Assembly (NCBI GenBank): GCA_905178155.1
Contig: CAJINV010000014.1
Location: 2,358,247-2,422,246 of the forward strand
Length of the DNA stretch: 64,000 bases
Reading direction: 5' to 3'
From: Amoebophrya sp. A120
Taxonomy: Eukaryota > Protista > Dinoflagellata
Shown here: piece after piece, positions 12,699 through 25,535 of the stretch
How the letters are laid out: each line of letters opens with the position of its first letter
How positions within the stretch are numbered: the first letter of the stretch is position 1
Notes under the pieces: model-generated
Seen by the model: the letters and a program-made list of their open reading frames with translations, nothing else
Told to the model about the DNA's origin: nothing
Database searches by the model: none
Translations under genes and position numbers: made by a program

Positions 12699-15600
12699 TC
12701 ACCCTCTCTTCGGGCTACTGACGTGATATCGTGGGCAGTTCTGTGTGGAGGTCCCTGAAGACAGTGGTAGCGGTTTGCTCTTGCTAAACACCTCATCTTC
12801 TCCACCCGGCTGGCTGTTGTAGTTTGTGTTTCCGCTTGAGGACGAAGACGAGTTCGCAGCTTTTTCATGTTGTTCTACCAATTCCACCCGCCCTGGTTCT
12901 CGTAGCTCACTACAACCACCTCCTTCAAGAAGAAGTCCTGAGTCCGCTTCCTGTGCGTCGGAAAAATCTTCCTCGTCCGGGGAGTCGACCTTCGTCCGCT
13001 TGCTCGGCCTCTTCTCCGCGTACGACATCTGACGACGTAACTTCGTGCTGGACCTGGCCTTCGGGTTGCTGCTACTTTGCTGCTGATACTGTCTGTGTTG
13101 CTGCTGCTGTTCCAGAGGCGGCGACATCAAATCCAGATCTCTGTTTTGATCCCCAATAATTCCCTGCTTCCCTAGATAGGGGTCACCACACGCGCCAACA
13201 GACGAACTTCTGCAGTCTTCAAAATCTTCCCCGGCTAAAGACGGTGAAGTCCGATCGTCGATAGTGCGCTGCCGATGGTCCTTTGCCGACGAGATCATAT
13301 GAGTGCTGTCTACTTCTTCGTCATCCGTCTTAGCGCTCATCGTTATCTCCTCAATCGACCTCGTCGTGTTGTAACTCGACTCCGCATTGCTCGTTTTGCT
13401 GCTACTCGACGTGTTTGTCAAGTCAATCGCAGCTCCACGGTTATTTTCACTAGAAGAAGCTCCGGATGATGATGAGTTTGCAGAATTACAATTAGTGTTG
13501 CTCGAAAGGAGGACTCCCCCAGCGTTGTTCCCATGATGTGGACCTCCAAGCGTCAAATTGATCTGATTGCCATTGTTATCGTACAAAACGGGCGACGCGA
13601 TACTGGGCGAAGAATCTTGGTGAAATTCTGCCACAGCTCTCTGGAACGCGTTCACTGTGTTGGTTGGGATTGAGTTCTGCTGCAATTTCGAAAGTTTCTT
13701 CTTTTTATCCGAAGGGACTTTGACGTTTTGCTTCTTGCTCTGCAAAGTTCCGCTGGCCGTGAGGTGTTGATTGCGAAGATTCGAGGACGTTGCACTGCTT
13801 CCACCCCCGGATGATTTTTTCAACTTCGCGGAAAGTAGCCGGCGGTTACTGGAAGCTGCAGAAGAAGACGCAGAAGAATTTGCGATGGTGTGCGTCGTGC
13901 CAGAGTAGGCACAATGATCCAACGCGATCTTCTTCTCACTGGCTAATTTCTTCACTTTGGTCCGAGTCGATGTGGATGTCGTCGTGTTAGCAGTGGAGAT
14001 TGCCGGTGCGCCGGCGGATGTGGTCGTGGAAGAAGAAGTTGTCGTGCCTTTAATGCTTGTGGATGCTGAAGAAGCACCAGCAGAAGAAGCTCCGCTCTTA
14101 TTTTTCAACACTGCTGCTGTCGCTAGTACTGGTTGAGCAAGCACCTTCTTGTCATCTCCCGCGGTTCCTGTTCCACCACATCCTGGTGCATTTGACAACT
14201 CTACTATCGCAGCCGCGTCTCCGTGTTGATCAACTTCGTCAACCCCTGTGAGCACCATACAGCTTCCGTCGTCGGTCTGAACAGCTGGTAGGTTGTTCAC
14301 CAACGCGGTCTGTTCGACGATGTTGCTCTTGTCAAACAACGTAGCCGCAGACGCACCAGCCGCGGAGCTCGAAATTGATGAGGATCCACTTGGAGATGCC
14401 CCAGGAGCACCCGCGGCCATCTTCGTCACTCTTCCCGCACTATGAAACACCCGCGGCGCGCCTGGACTGCTCACCGTCGGCTGGACTGGGTTCAGCGTCA
14501 TGGCTTGACCGGTGATAACGAATTCTTCCGCGTTTCCTGCGTTCGGTGTCGCTCCGGTTGGACTAGGACTCTGGTTCGGACTACAGGACTTGAAAGACGG
14601 CGCGCAGGATGAGCTGGAGGACCCAGTGCTGGGAGAAACCGAAGGGGAGGGGTTCGCGGAGCCTGGATGAGGAACACCAGCAGAAGTTGTTGTGTTAGCA
14701 TTTGATGATCCACCAGTTCGGCGCGCAGTAGATCTGGAGCTGCTGGTGGTGGTGCCCCCTGTAGCTGCACTGGAGTCGAACACCCGCACGTGAGGCAAAA
14801 ACGATGACTGTTGCAGCTGCTGCCCTCCGGGCTCAGAGAACCGACTGTGAAGGTGATGTTTCTCTGCTTGTAGTTGGCCACTGTTATTTTTCCCGCCGCT
14901 ACAACTTCCACTTCCGGAAAAACCTCTACTCGGACTGGCGCGGTTAAATACCGGCGGACTCGGGTTGCTCATGTCATGATCGATACGATCACCGGAAAAG
15001 TTGATCCTGTTCTTTGTGCCGGCAGCTGCTGATTGCGATTGCAAGCCCCCACCAGACGAGAAAACCGAACCACCGTCACGCCGGGCTTTCTGGTGCTGGC
15101 TGTCGCGAGAACCTACTTCTTGGTTCAGCATCTTATTCGAAGCAGAAGCGGACGAAGCAGACGCTGGTGATGCGCCTGGGGTCGCTTGCGAAAACACACC
15201 ACTTGCGTAATGTCTAGCAGAGCCAAAGGCAGAAGAAGCTTTAGCAGGTTCATGTTGATTTCCGTCCCCCCGAGAGCCTCGTCCTGGTGGAAGAAGCTGG
15301 CGCGGCTCCTCGTCTTCCATGCTGACATTGTGATCCACGAGGAGTGAACTGACATCCGCCTCCGCCACTGCATCCCCTTCCTCGCAAACACTTCCTTTAG
15401 AATTTGACCTGTGCTGTCCGCGCGAGGTGCTGCGAAACAGATGTACCTGGTCCTGCTTTTCTAAAGAGGAAGATCGTTTGGAAGTTGATGCTCCAAGAAA
15501 GCCCCCACCGCTATTGCTGTGATTCGACGTCCCTTTCCCACTCAGAGGAAAAGACCCCTTGTGCAGCTTCAAAGAACTGGATGAACTCGGGCACGACTTG

Positions 15601-18600
15601 AGACCACTATCATGAGCGCCGTCGGGGGAAACCACCGGAGTGGAATTTTGCTCGAACATGTCGGCCAAGTTACGTCTCGGCGGCGGTCGGTGGTGGTTCG
15701 TCTGCATCAAGCCCTGCAGAAACTTGGACTTTTTCTTGGATTTGGAGAGAAGAGAAGAAGGGGAAGACGGGGACGGGGAAGCGGGTGGCGGTGGCAACCC
15801 GAGCTCGTCTGCGAGAGCTGGGGGCGCAGCCGCAGCAGCCGGCTGCTGCTCCTCCTGCTCGTGGGCAGTTTCACCATCCCCAAGAATTCCATCTGGTGGT
15901 GGTACTGAACAACCCTTCTCGTCAACATTACGTGCGTCACGGTCCTCTCCTATGAGGTTCACGTCGCTTGCAGTACGTGGGTGATCCGCGTCTTGGCTGA
16001 ATACCGCGCCGGTGGCCTGTTCTTCTACTTCTCCCGTCTGCAGGGTCGTGCATTGTTCTCCGCCTTCGGCCTCCGTCAGCATGTGCTGGTCCTCCACTAC
16101 ATCGGCTGGAGGTGCGGCGACTGCGATTAGAGACTCGGCGTCAATGCCACTTGTGTTGCCACCCTCCTGAACGAGCAGCGAAGATTCGTCCGGCGCACCC
16201 CCACCCTCTCCAATCATCACCTCCTCCTCTCCCTCTCCGCGGGGATCGAACCCGCACCGATTCGGCTGCAACGATGAGCACGTCTGCGGATGGGCAAAAG
16301 AGGACTCCAGCATTCTCAGGTCTGACCTTCCGTGGATCGAACTGCTGTTGCCTCCTGTGCTTGGCGGGTCTTGAATTCTCCTGCTACCGCGGCCGTCGTG
16401 GTGGTCTCCTGGTACCCCTAGTACCTCCGATGAATTCTTGCTGTTGAAGAACGTCTTTCGACGTCGCATTTGGGAAGAATTGAAGTCGACCCTCGGCGTG
16501 ATCTCCTCCTCCAGGTGGTCAAGAACTCCGTGATGGCCCAGATGAAGAGTCGTTGTTGTATTTCCACCGGGGTCATCAGCATCTGAACTACCAGCACAAC
16601 TGCCGGATGACACCGTTTGGAGTTGGTCTATCAGCTGCAGCGTCGATAGATCTTCGGTCACGTCAGCGTCGGTTGTGCTCACCTCCGCAAATCCCATCTG
16701 CACGTCTTGCTCGCTGCAGCGTTGGTCGCTGCTGCTCATTTGGTTTTGGTTTCGCGGCTCTCGTCCCAGTTCGTCGAAGCTCAAGTTGTCTGATGTGCAC
16801 AATTGGTGGAGCCCACTACCACTGCCTCCCCCTGAAACAAGATCGATGAACTGCCCGGAGGCTGGCGTGGAGGAAGCGCCGATGCTAGACGAGAGATTCG
16901 CCGTCGTTGGGACGTTGGACGAAGAGAGTAACGACGAAGCCTCATGATAGAACTCTACTGCGACACCTCGTTGGGATTGATTTCCAGCGAGAAGCACCGA
17001 TGTAGAAGCTGTGCCAGACTGGTCCGGATGCTGCTGCTCCTGTTGGTGCTGCGCGAGTTGTTGCAAATAACCCTGCAACTGTTGCCGCAGCTGCATTGCC
17101 TCCCGTTTCCAGAATTCCTTTTCCTGCTCAGCAGGCACGCCGCCGTCCGCAGATTTGATGTGATCGACCAAATACAGAGCATCGGTGGCATTTGGCCGCT
17201 GGCTCGGCTCTGTGGCCAGCATGGTGGAAAGGACGTTCAGAAGATCGGTCGAAAGTTGTGGCATTTCGGAAGACAGAGTCGTCGCCGTCGGCTGCTGGTC
17301 CCGCAAGGCGTGCCACTGCTCGCCGGCGCGCGGAGGTTCCTGATAACATGATTAATACATTGCAAATTGAGCAGTCACACAACGGTAGTGTTTCTTCGTT
17401 TGTTCCTTTCGCCTCGTCACACACGGCAAGCAATCCATTCCAGCCAACAGCAAACCAAGTACTAGGTGTATCTGACTTACCTGCCCACATCCCAGTTCGT
17501 ACATTGTAACCCCAAGACTGAAGATGTCACAGCGGTCCGTCACCATGCCCCGCAACGCCTCTTTGGCGACATAACGGCAGTCCCCTTCATCCACTGTGGA
17601 CGTTTTCTGCAATTTCGAGGAAAAACTGACAAGCTCGCCAGACGCTGACAGCTGAAAGTTAGACTCGAACTCGCAGGCGAGCCCCAAATCCGCAATTTTC
17701 CAAATTCCAGAGAAGCTGCGCAACAGGTTCTCAGGCTTGACGTCCAGGTGGGATAGGTTATTGCTGTGCATTGCTCGCAGCCCGGAGAGGGTTGCGTGAG
17801 CGACCTGTGGAAGAAAGAATGAGCCTCACTCAAAATTTATTAGCTGGGGCTTTCCGTTTCGCGAAACAAGAAAAACATCTACATCGCCTTTGCATGTGAA
17901 ATGAAAAACTAAAAACGAGATTCAGATCTAGATAGACTGTCGTAAAAACTTATAATTGCATATGGATATGGTGCAAAATCAAAATAGAAATTTAGGTAGA
18001 TCACTGTAGCCGGAGCGTCGAACTGCGAACTTTAGTATGCTTGACCTGTCGATTTAGTATGCTTGACCTGTCGTAAGAACTTATACCTCCAAAATCTCGC
18101 CTTCCGAAAAGCATGCGGCGTTGGTCACAGCCGCGTCTCCTGTTTGCACTGCTAGCCGTCGCTTTTCCACTACCACATCATGTAAACTGCAGTCGCACAA
18201 CTCCGTTTGCAAGTAGAGTCTCCGGCTCTGCACCCAGCAACCATAGTACCGCACGATGTGCGAGCTCTCGACGTTGTGGAGGGCTCTCGCAAGGTTCTGG
18301 GCTTCCCTGAAGGCAGTATGTGTGGGTGGTTTGTAGGAAGGCTTTTTCATATTCGAGCTTGTGTAGTTATTTTGTCCCAGAGAACTCGCCGCATTCGCCG
18401 CCGTGTTCACGTCGTCTAGCCAATGCTCGGGTAGTTTCGTCTTCAACTGCTTCACTGCGTACTCGCAACCGTCCAGCTTGTGCGTTGCCCGATACACGGT
18501 GGAAAAGTTACCTTTTTAGAGTGCAGTGCCAGTGAAAGGTCTGCGCCTTAAATCGAAAACGAGATTACACACATGAAACATCGCGCTGACGTGTCCTATG

Positions 18601-20468
18601 ATGGCATCAACACAACTACTTCATCGAGAGCACTACAGTTTTGAAATGCAGAAGTCGTGTTAGTTAGTGTTACCTTTTCCGACAACGCTGATATTCACGA
18701 AGTTATTTTCCATAAAGTCGTCATCCGCCCGCCCCGCACCGCCGCCCTGTCCCGCAATACAGCCTTTCTCTCGATTCCGGATCCCCCGAAACGCCCCACT
18801 GCCCGCATCGTCCGCCCCGTCCAGTTTCCCGGTGGAAAAAGTTCTCCTCTGCAGCATCCGGGACACGAACCCAGAATCCGGGGTTGTGCCATTGAAAGTG
18901 GTACCATTTGGCCCGTGATTCTGGTGCGGTGTGACCTGGTGGTTACCCCCATGGACTGCTCCGGGCGTCGCGAGGACCTGGTGATGCTGATGAGGTGTCG
19001 TAATGTTCAGGTGGCCGTGGTACGATGGCGTCTGTAGTTGGAAAGAAAGATGACCACCACCGGAAGGGGGTCCCGCAGAGCCCGACCGGTGTAAATGGGC
19101 GCTGCTAGTACTGTGTGGCGTCGGGATATTGTGGGCGGCATGCTGGTGAGAGGAATGCGAATTGCCGTGCGGAGTTCCGATGAAGCTGCTGGAATGCTGT
19201 AGCTGCTGGGAATGCGAGCTGCCGGCGGGCGTCCTCTGCACGAGCGTGTCAGCCCTGATTGATGTTTTGGAAAATTTGCGAGCTGACAAAGGATTAGGAT
19301 TTTGGTCGTGGCTATTTGTTTTCGTATCCACTTCAGGGACGTTCTTGCTGTGGTTGCAGCTTTTGCTACCGCTTCTATTCCTAATGGGGGGCAGAGTGTT
19401 TTGTTTGCGTGGTTGCTGGTCGTGCTGCGAGCCGCGCGCGGTCGTTCCTCTGGGAGAGGGAGCGCGCTTCGCGTTCTGCTTTGCAATCGATCGTGTGCTG
19501 CTGGTCGCACCACTAACCGCAGCAGCGGCGATATTAGCACTCGGAGGTCTATTGTGCCCCGCGGCCGCGGTTAATGTACCGCATCGCGTCCGCTCACCCT
19601 CACGCAAGTTGCGGCTGGTACTTGAATTAGAATTGACGGTCGGTTGAGGTTGTACAGCTTCCGGAATTCTTGGCGGACGGAGTGGCGGAGCGCCAGGAGT
19701 TCGCGCTCCTTGCCCACACCTCCTCTTATTCACCGACGACGATTGCGCCCTGGATGTGGAGTGGGGGTTTTTCGAGGCCAACATTGCGTGCCCCTTATTC
19801 GAGTTATTGTTATTCACCCTACCTCGAGGAGAGGGGTTCGCTGAGTGCTGCGATGAGCCTGCAACCGAGCTGCAAGAGCTATTGGCAGGCTTTCTGACAA
19901 CGTTCATCTTCCCCGCACGAGCCACGACCTCTGCACCTCCTCCAGTGGCGGCGGTCGGAGCAGCTGCGTTTTTTCTTTTCTCCTTGCTCGTGTATCGATG
20001 AGGCGTGCTGGAACTAAAGACCGGCCCGGAGCTGTTGCTGCGACGTCTTAGAAGCGGTTGCGATCTGTCATCTTCTACGTCTTGCATCTTGTCTTTTTCC
20101 TGCAGCTCCTCCAGAACCATTTTGGCAGAACGGTTTGGGTTTCCCCGCGCGAGAATCGCGTTGGAGCAAGAGCGCGCACGGGAAGTGGCTCCTGTGCCAG
20201 TCGTGGTACGAGTTGCGGAAGATGGGCGCGTTCCCCGGGCGTCAAGCGAAGTCACAGCACTATTTGCTTTTGATGCCCCAACGGCTGCACCGTGTAGTTG
20301 TGCAGTGTTCGTTTTAGTTCTCGCCGCGGATGAGTTTTGTCGACTTTTGACACTGCTCGTCGTGGTCTTTGCCACATTTTTCTCCGTCGGTTTTCCTGGA
20401 AAACAACCAGCTGGCTGCGGCGGAGCGCCGCCAAGCGCTCGACCCCTGCTGGGAGCGGAGCTTGACAT
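12699..20468 (-). CDS. WEE1: Wee1/Myt1-family protein kinase with very long low-complexity N- and C-terminal extensions
   Basis: VGKGNFSTVYRATHKLDGCEYAVKQ, HIVRYYGCW, HLDVKPEN, KIADLGLA, Wee1 signature EGDCRYVAKE, DIFSLG; GT-AG introns at about 17340-17480, 17805-18086 and 18512-18673. Confidence 0.82.
18032..18073. repeat. Tandem duplication TTTAGTATGCTTGACCTGTCG x2 in a wee1 intron
   Basis: Two adjacent 21-nt copies read directly. Confidence 0.8.
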
Positions 20469-21075
20469 TTGGCTTTAGTACTTGGTAGCAGCCATCAGGG
20501 AATCGGGGATGCCGATTGTTGTTTTGTTTCGATTTTGGTTACACTTTCATCTTCCTGAAGACACCTGTAACTCATCATGTTTCTATTTGTGGCCCGCTTC
20601 TCATTCTGATTTCATGTACACCTTTCCGCGCTTGCATGGGCAGATGCAGATGCAGAAGCAGATGAACGGAGCGGAGCGGAGCAACCTGAGAGCAACTCAA
20701 ACACGACCAGAAACGTCGTGTATGTGATTCAACAAAAATCTGAAGGAAGTGACCACGTACTACATCAAAAGCACAGAGTGAAATTCTAGATCCTTTTAAT
20801 TTTCGTGGTCGAAATCATGTCGACCTGATGAACAAAATAGAACAACATACGTCCAAAAGAACACCGAAAGCGCAGTGAGTTGTCCTCTTGCATTCTCATG
20901 CCAGATCAGTTGCGTCTTCCTAGTGGAAGGCCGCAAAAGGACCGCAGACAGCGGCAGACTAAAACTAAAAGCAACTAGAAGTAGCACGACCATCAAGCCG
21001 CGCCGTGACGTTAACCTTAACACTTGCTAAACCTAGAAGAGGAGTCCCTGAGTTTCGAACAAGCAAAAAAAAATT

Positions 21076-22077
21076 CTACAAATTTCCATACCAGCTGACC
21101 GTGGGCGTGATCCGATTTCTTCCCCGGCTCTTCGGTGGCGCTGGCGGATACATCGGTGTCATGATTTGTCGGCGATGCATGACGAAGTTCCCGCAACTTC
21201 CCTGAGAGTCTTGATCCAGTTCGATCGCAAAACTGTCATTGTGCTCGTTATGGTCCACAGAGCCAACCGTAGAAGTCTCGATCGGCGGCGGTCTCGGCTT
21301 GTTATTCTTCTTACTCGAGGAGGTTTTCTTTTTGTTATTTTGACTAGAAGCGTCACCATTGCCTGCGGTACAACTCTTCTGCTCGTTGTAGGCGGTTAAC
21401 GTGTCAATCGGCACGCCGAGGACAGAGTCGATCTTCTGCAAGGTTTTGCTCTTGTTTCCCTTCCCTTTTGATGCTTTCGACGTCGTCGCGCTTTTCGCAG
21501 ATGATGATGAGGAGCCAGCGGAACCTGCGGAACAAGTCGTCGCTGCTTTGATCGTTGCGCTCGCGCTGCCCTTGTTTTTTCCCTTGCTTCCGCTCTGCTT
21601 CTTGTTTCCGGATGATGAAGGCGGTGGTGCAACTGGAGCGGGCTGCACTTGTTGCTCGGCGACGCTGTCTAGCTCTTCCTGGGAAAAGAGTAGCCGTGTT
21701 GAGAAAGGAGCAGCGCCGTGATGGTCCTCGTGTGCTCCAGGCCGGTCCGTTCGCTCTAAGGGGTCCTGGGGCGGCTCGACATCATCAGGCACTTCTTGTT
21801 CCTGAGAGTTGTCCTCCGATGACATCGTCGTGTCATGGCGCTGGTCTCGTCGGTCTTCTTGCAGCTGTGCAGCAGAAGCCACGTGGTCATCAAGTAGACG
21901 CAGCTCAAACTCTGCCGAAAATGAACCACCTTCGATGTCCCCGCTGTCTTGGTCAACGCCGTCCACTGAAGACATAGTTTCGGATCCAGGTCCAACCAAC
22001 GCCCCATGTCTTCGCAACCCCCTGGTAGAAGGAGGGTGCCTGTGGTCTGCTAGGGCAGGCTTGCTTGCTGGCATCAC
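21076..22077 (-). CDS. Hypothetical low-complexity protein (333-aa ORF; possibly an exon of a larger gene)
   Basis: Long ORF with composition like neighbouring genes (S/K/D/E-rich), ends MTPMYPPAPPKS; no recognisable domain. Confidence 0.45.
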   Translation of the reverse strand: MMPASKPALADHRHPPSTRGLRRHGALVGPGSETMSSVDGVDQDSGDIEGGSFSAEFELRLLDDHVASAAQLQEDRRDQRHDTTMSSEDNSQEQEVPDDVEPPQDPLERTDRPGAHEDHHGAAPFSTRLLFSQEELDSVAEQQVQPAPVAPPPSSSGNKKQSGSKGKNKGSASATIKAATTCSAGSAGSSSSSAKSATTSKASKGKGNKSKTLQKIDSVLGVPIDTLTAYNEQKSCTAGNGDASSQNNKKKTSSSKKNNKPRPPPIETSTVGSVDHNEHNDSFAIELDQDSQGSCGNFVMHRRQIMTPMYPPAPPKSRGRNRITPTVSWYGNL

Positions 22078-23069
22078 GATCTACGCCAGCGGCTCCTTAC
22101 TCAAACAGAGGGCGGAACAATGCAGGCAGAGGTAGCGACAGCAAGCGGGGCATCTGCGAGAGCAAGAAGCAAACGATCGTAGCCCATGTAACGCCCTAAC
22201 TTGGCGTCAACTTCCGTCTTCGTTCTTCTGCTTCTCATCATTTGAGCATGACTGCCGCAAAGCAACGTGCCACTATCGTCAAAATACAAAAAAAAAACGC
22301 ACTCCAACCACTCTTTCACTTCATGTTTATTTGCGTGATTGTTCTCGTGATGCACTTGCACTTGATCTTGGCCTCCTTAGCTTCTGGCTTTGAATTTGCA
22401 GGACAAGAGCGCTGAATCAAGATGGTCTCTCATAAAAAATGCGAATATTACCGGTGCGCTCTTGATAAAATGCTCGCTAGTAATTCCACCTCTTAAGAAA
22501 ACGCTGTCGCTCGCCATGCCTCTCCGAACTGTCTCACAACTTTGGCTCACACAAATCACGAGTGAATGACTTGACCAAACGTTCTACACTTCTTCTTCGC
22601 CACGAGCCATAAAACCAAAACGGGACACTCACACTTCTTCGCTGCCTTTTGTTGTTGTTGGTTCGAGCAACCTCTCTTTTGGACGTTCCTCTTGTTGCTG
22701 AAATTCAAATTTGCCACAGCAAGATAAAGAACGCCACATGCTGTCGCTGCTGCACGTATTTCTATTCTACATCAACAAAGATACATCGACTTTGCTCTCG
22801 CTCGCTATTTCCACCTCCGGCTCCTCTCAAGCAAACGCAACGCAAGCGATAATCTAAGTAGTAACGCGCGGCTTTCTGGGTGCGTGCAGTCTCGAATCGT
22901 ATTCACAGCGGCAACCGCGTGGCGCTTCCCCTTCCTCTCGAGTACTACAATTCGCACGACGAGCAAGCAACAACACATACACAAGCCCATGTCAATGATA
23001 AAGCTCAAAAACCTAAATCACAGCGGCGCTCTATCTCTAAGTCTAATCGTACTAGAAGCTGAATAATAT

Positions 23070-24420
23070 AACCGATAAGAGCGGCGCGCGTGCGGCGTGT
23101 GCGAATTTATATCGTGCTAGCTCGCTACCTGCATCAAAACGCGGCGCCCGTCCCTGCGGCGAGAGCGCGGGCGGCAGGCAAGGGCTGGCTGCAACACTGA
23201 CCGGCCCGCCGGGGGCCGGGCAAAGGCCCGCGCGCCGATGTGGGTCTGCCCATGCAACGGCGTCTGCCAAGTAGGGTGCCACCATACCCACCCGCGCCGT
23301 GCGAACGCACGGACGAGGGGCGGGCGCCGGCCGGGTGCCAGCGCTGGCTTCGCTCAATCAGTCAGAGAGAGTCAGCAGGCGGGGCCCACACGCTGGACAC
23401 GAGCACCAAGGGCCCACCGGGGTAACCTACCAGCGAACGAAAAAAGCAAGACACACAAGGCCGCGGGGAAGGGCCAGGGCCGGGCGGGGCGCAGCTCGGG
23501 ACCAGTGGCCCAGCGGTCGCTCGGACCGGGTACGCAGGCGATGCGCTCTTCCTCACCCGGCAAAACCCGCGCGCCCCGCCCTCTTCGCTGTCGCAGCGGG
23601 CACAGTGCGCCCCCCCCACTTCTGCCCGCCAAATTATTGCCGCGGCTTTTCGCGGAGGGCCGGGAGGGGCAGGGCCGGCGCGCCTGCGGCACGCAGAAAA
23701 CAGGGGGGCGCACGCGGGCGCCGGGCCGGCGGGCCGGGCGGCCTTCGGCGCGCCGGCCTGCTAGCTTTCGGAGCACGGGGGGCCGGCCCACCACCATCTT
23801 GCTACGGCCGGGCAGCGCAGTCCGGCGCGCCTTCCCTTTTCCCTTCTACCGACGCGCTGCCGCCCCCCCGCGCGCTACACGGGCGACGACCATCCAACCA
23901 AGCCTGCCCGGGCAGGCCGGCGGCCGGTCTCTTCCCGGTCCCACTTTCGCCGGGGCAATACAGACGCCGCGAAGGGGCCCCACCGAGCAGCGCCCTCCGC
24001 CCCGCGCGCACAATTCGCCCGGGCATGCGTGGCAGAAATCGCCGCGCGCCCCCCTCCCGCCCGGTCCATCCAAATTGCGCCCCCCGGCCCCCCTCATCCG
24101 TATTACGAACCCCCCGCCCGTCAACCAAGCACAAACAAAATGGATCGGGCGCAAAAAGTCGGCCCCCACAACGAGCGCCACAGTGCCCCGCTTCGCGTCC
24201 GCCAAAAGTGCGGCCAGTGTTTCGGAATTCCACGAAGCGGAGGGAGGCCCTCGCCGGGCTCGGCGCTTTTCACGCGCCTGGCTAGTGCGGCCGTCCTGGC
24301 TCTGGCGCAGGCCCGGGGTCGCAGAAGGTTGGGCAAGGTGTGGGCCTTGCCAATTCCGGACAGGGCCGGCGCCCTCCGCCGGAGCGCAGCGACCAATCAA
24401 CTAAAGCAACAGCCTCTGCA
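23070..24420. other. GC-rich, T-poor island of unknown nature (degenerate element or poorly polished sequence)
   Basis: Abrupt composition shift; Arg/Pro/Gly/Ala ORFs in several frames on both strands without domain motifs. Confidence 0.4.
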
Positions 24421-25535
24421 AGTTGTGCGGTCGTTCAAGTACTAACTCGGCCACTTTTGATGCGGCTCCACCAGATGGAAGAACACTGCCACGAATAAAG
24501 CGCGACTAGCATCAAACCGCATGCATTTTAGCGCTCCTAGTTCGCCGGGGTATTATAGGAGCTTACTCCTTAGTTGTAGCGTCTTAGCGCCCAGTCACAA
24601 CAAACCTGCGGCCTTTTTAACAACAACATATTTGAAGATCGTTTCTTCACTTGGCTGCTGCTTGTTTTTACAACCGTACTCGCTGAACATATTCTCGCCC
24701 ACCTCAGGAGGATTCAACACATGTCTTTCGCTGCAATTCAACAATCTAGGTACCAGGGGTAGGCGATAGCTGTTCTAAATCTCATTCAGTAATTACTTGA
24801 CGTTGACTTTGATTCTTGGACAAATAAAGGTAGCATAATTCCTGCACTGGATTCTGGTAATTTATTCGGGCTCATGTCGTGACTACCACTCGTACCAAAG
24901 ACGATGATGATGATTGATGAAACCCAACGGTGTTTGTTTTTCGCAAACAGTTCCAGTTGCGTGGTGGTCATTGTTATTTAAACAAGATAAAGGGGTCTTG
25001 CTCTTGCATTTTGAACGTTACTACTGTTTTGCAAAGGTTGTAGCAAGTTCGTTTTGAAATTGAAATCGGAAAACAAAAAGAGCTCGAAAACTTCGGGAAA
25101 AGAAAATCGAAAATGCGACTAATTCCTTTGAAGACACTTCTTCATAAGCATACTCGAGGACTCCTTAGCGTCCCGAATAGCAGCATACCTGTGCACCCGT
25201 GAATTTCGGCTTTTTGAATTCATGCGCGATAAACGCTTTCACTCAACAAATGGTTTAAAAGGTCTCGGTGAAACTCACTGAATCACAATCATCAAGATGT
25301 TGAAGTCCAGTGTAATAGAAATAGTCTTCATTTTGACGAATAAAAATAAAGATAAACAAGAAAAACAATCGGATCATACCACGATAGCGCAGTACTACCT
25401 TCATGGAAAAATTGCCAACAATTGTCTAGTACAACTGCGAAGTCGTTCTGATACTGGAACTACAGCAGGTATAACCTCAAATTCAACAAGTATTCAAAAT
25501 TTTCTTTTTCTTTTAGTCCTTATCCAACTCTTATT

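Noticed and set aside
23238-24404. 388-aa and 328-aa plus-strand ORFs (and similar ORFs at 8700-9500) as genes
   Set aside because: Stop-codon scarcity in very GC-rich DNA; overlapping ORFs on both strands with no domain motifs.
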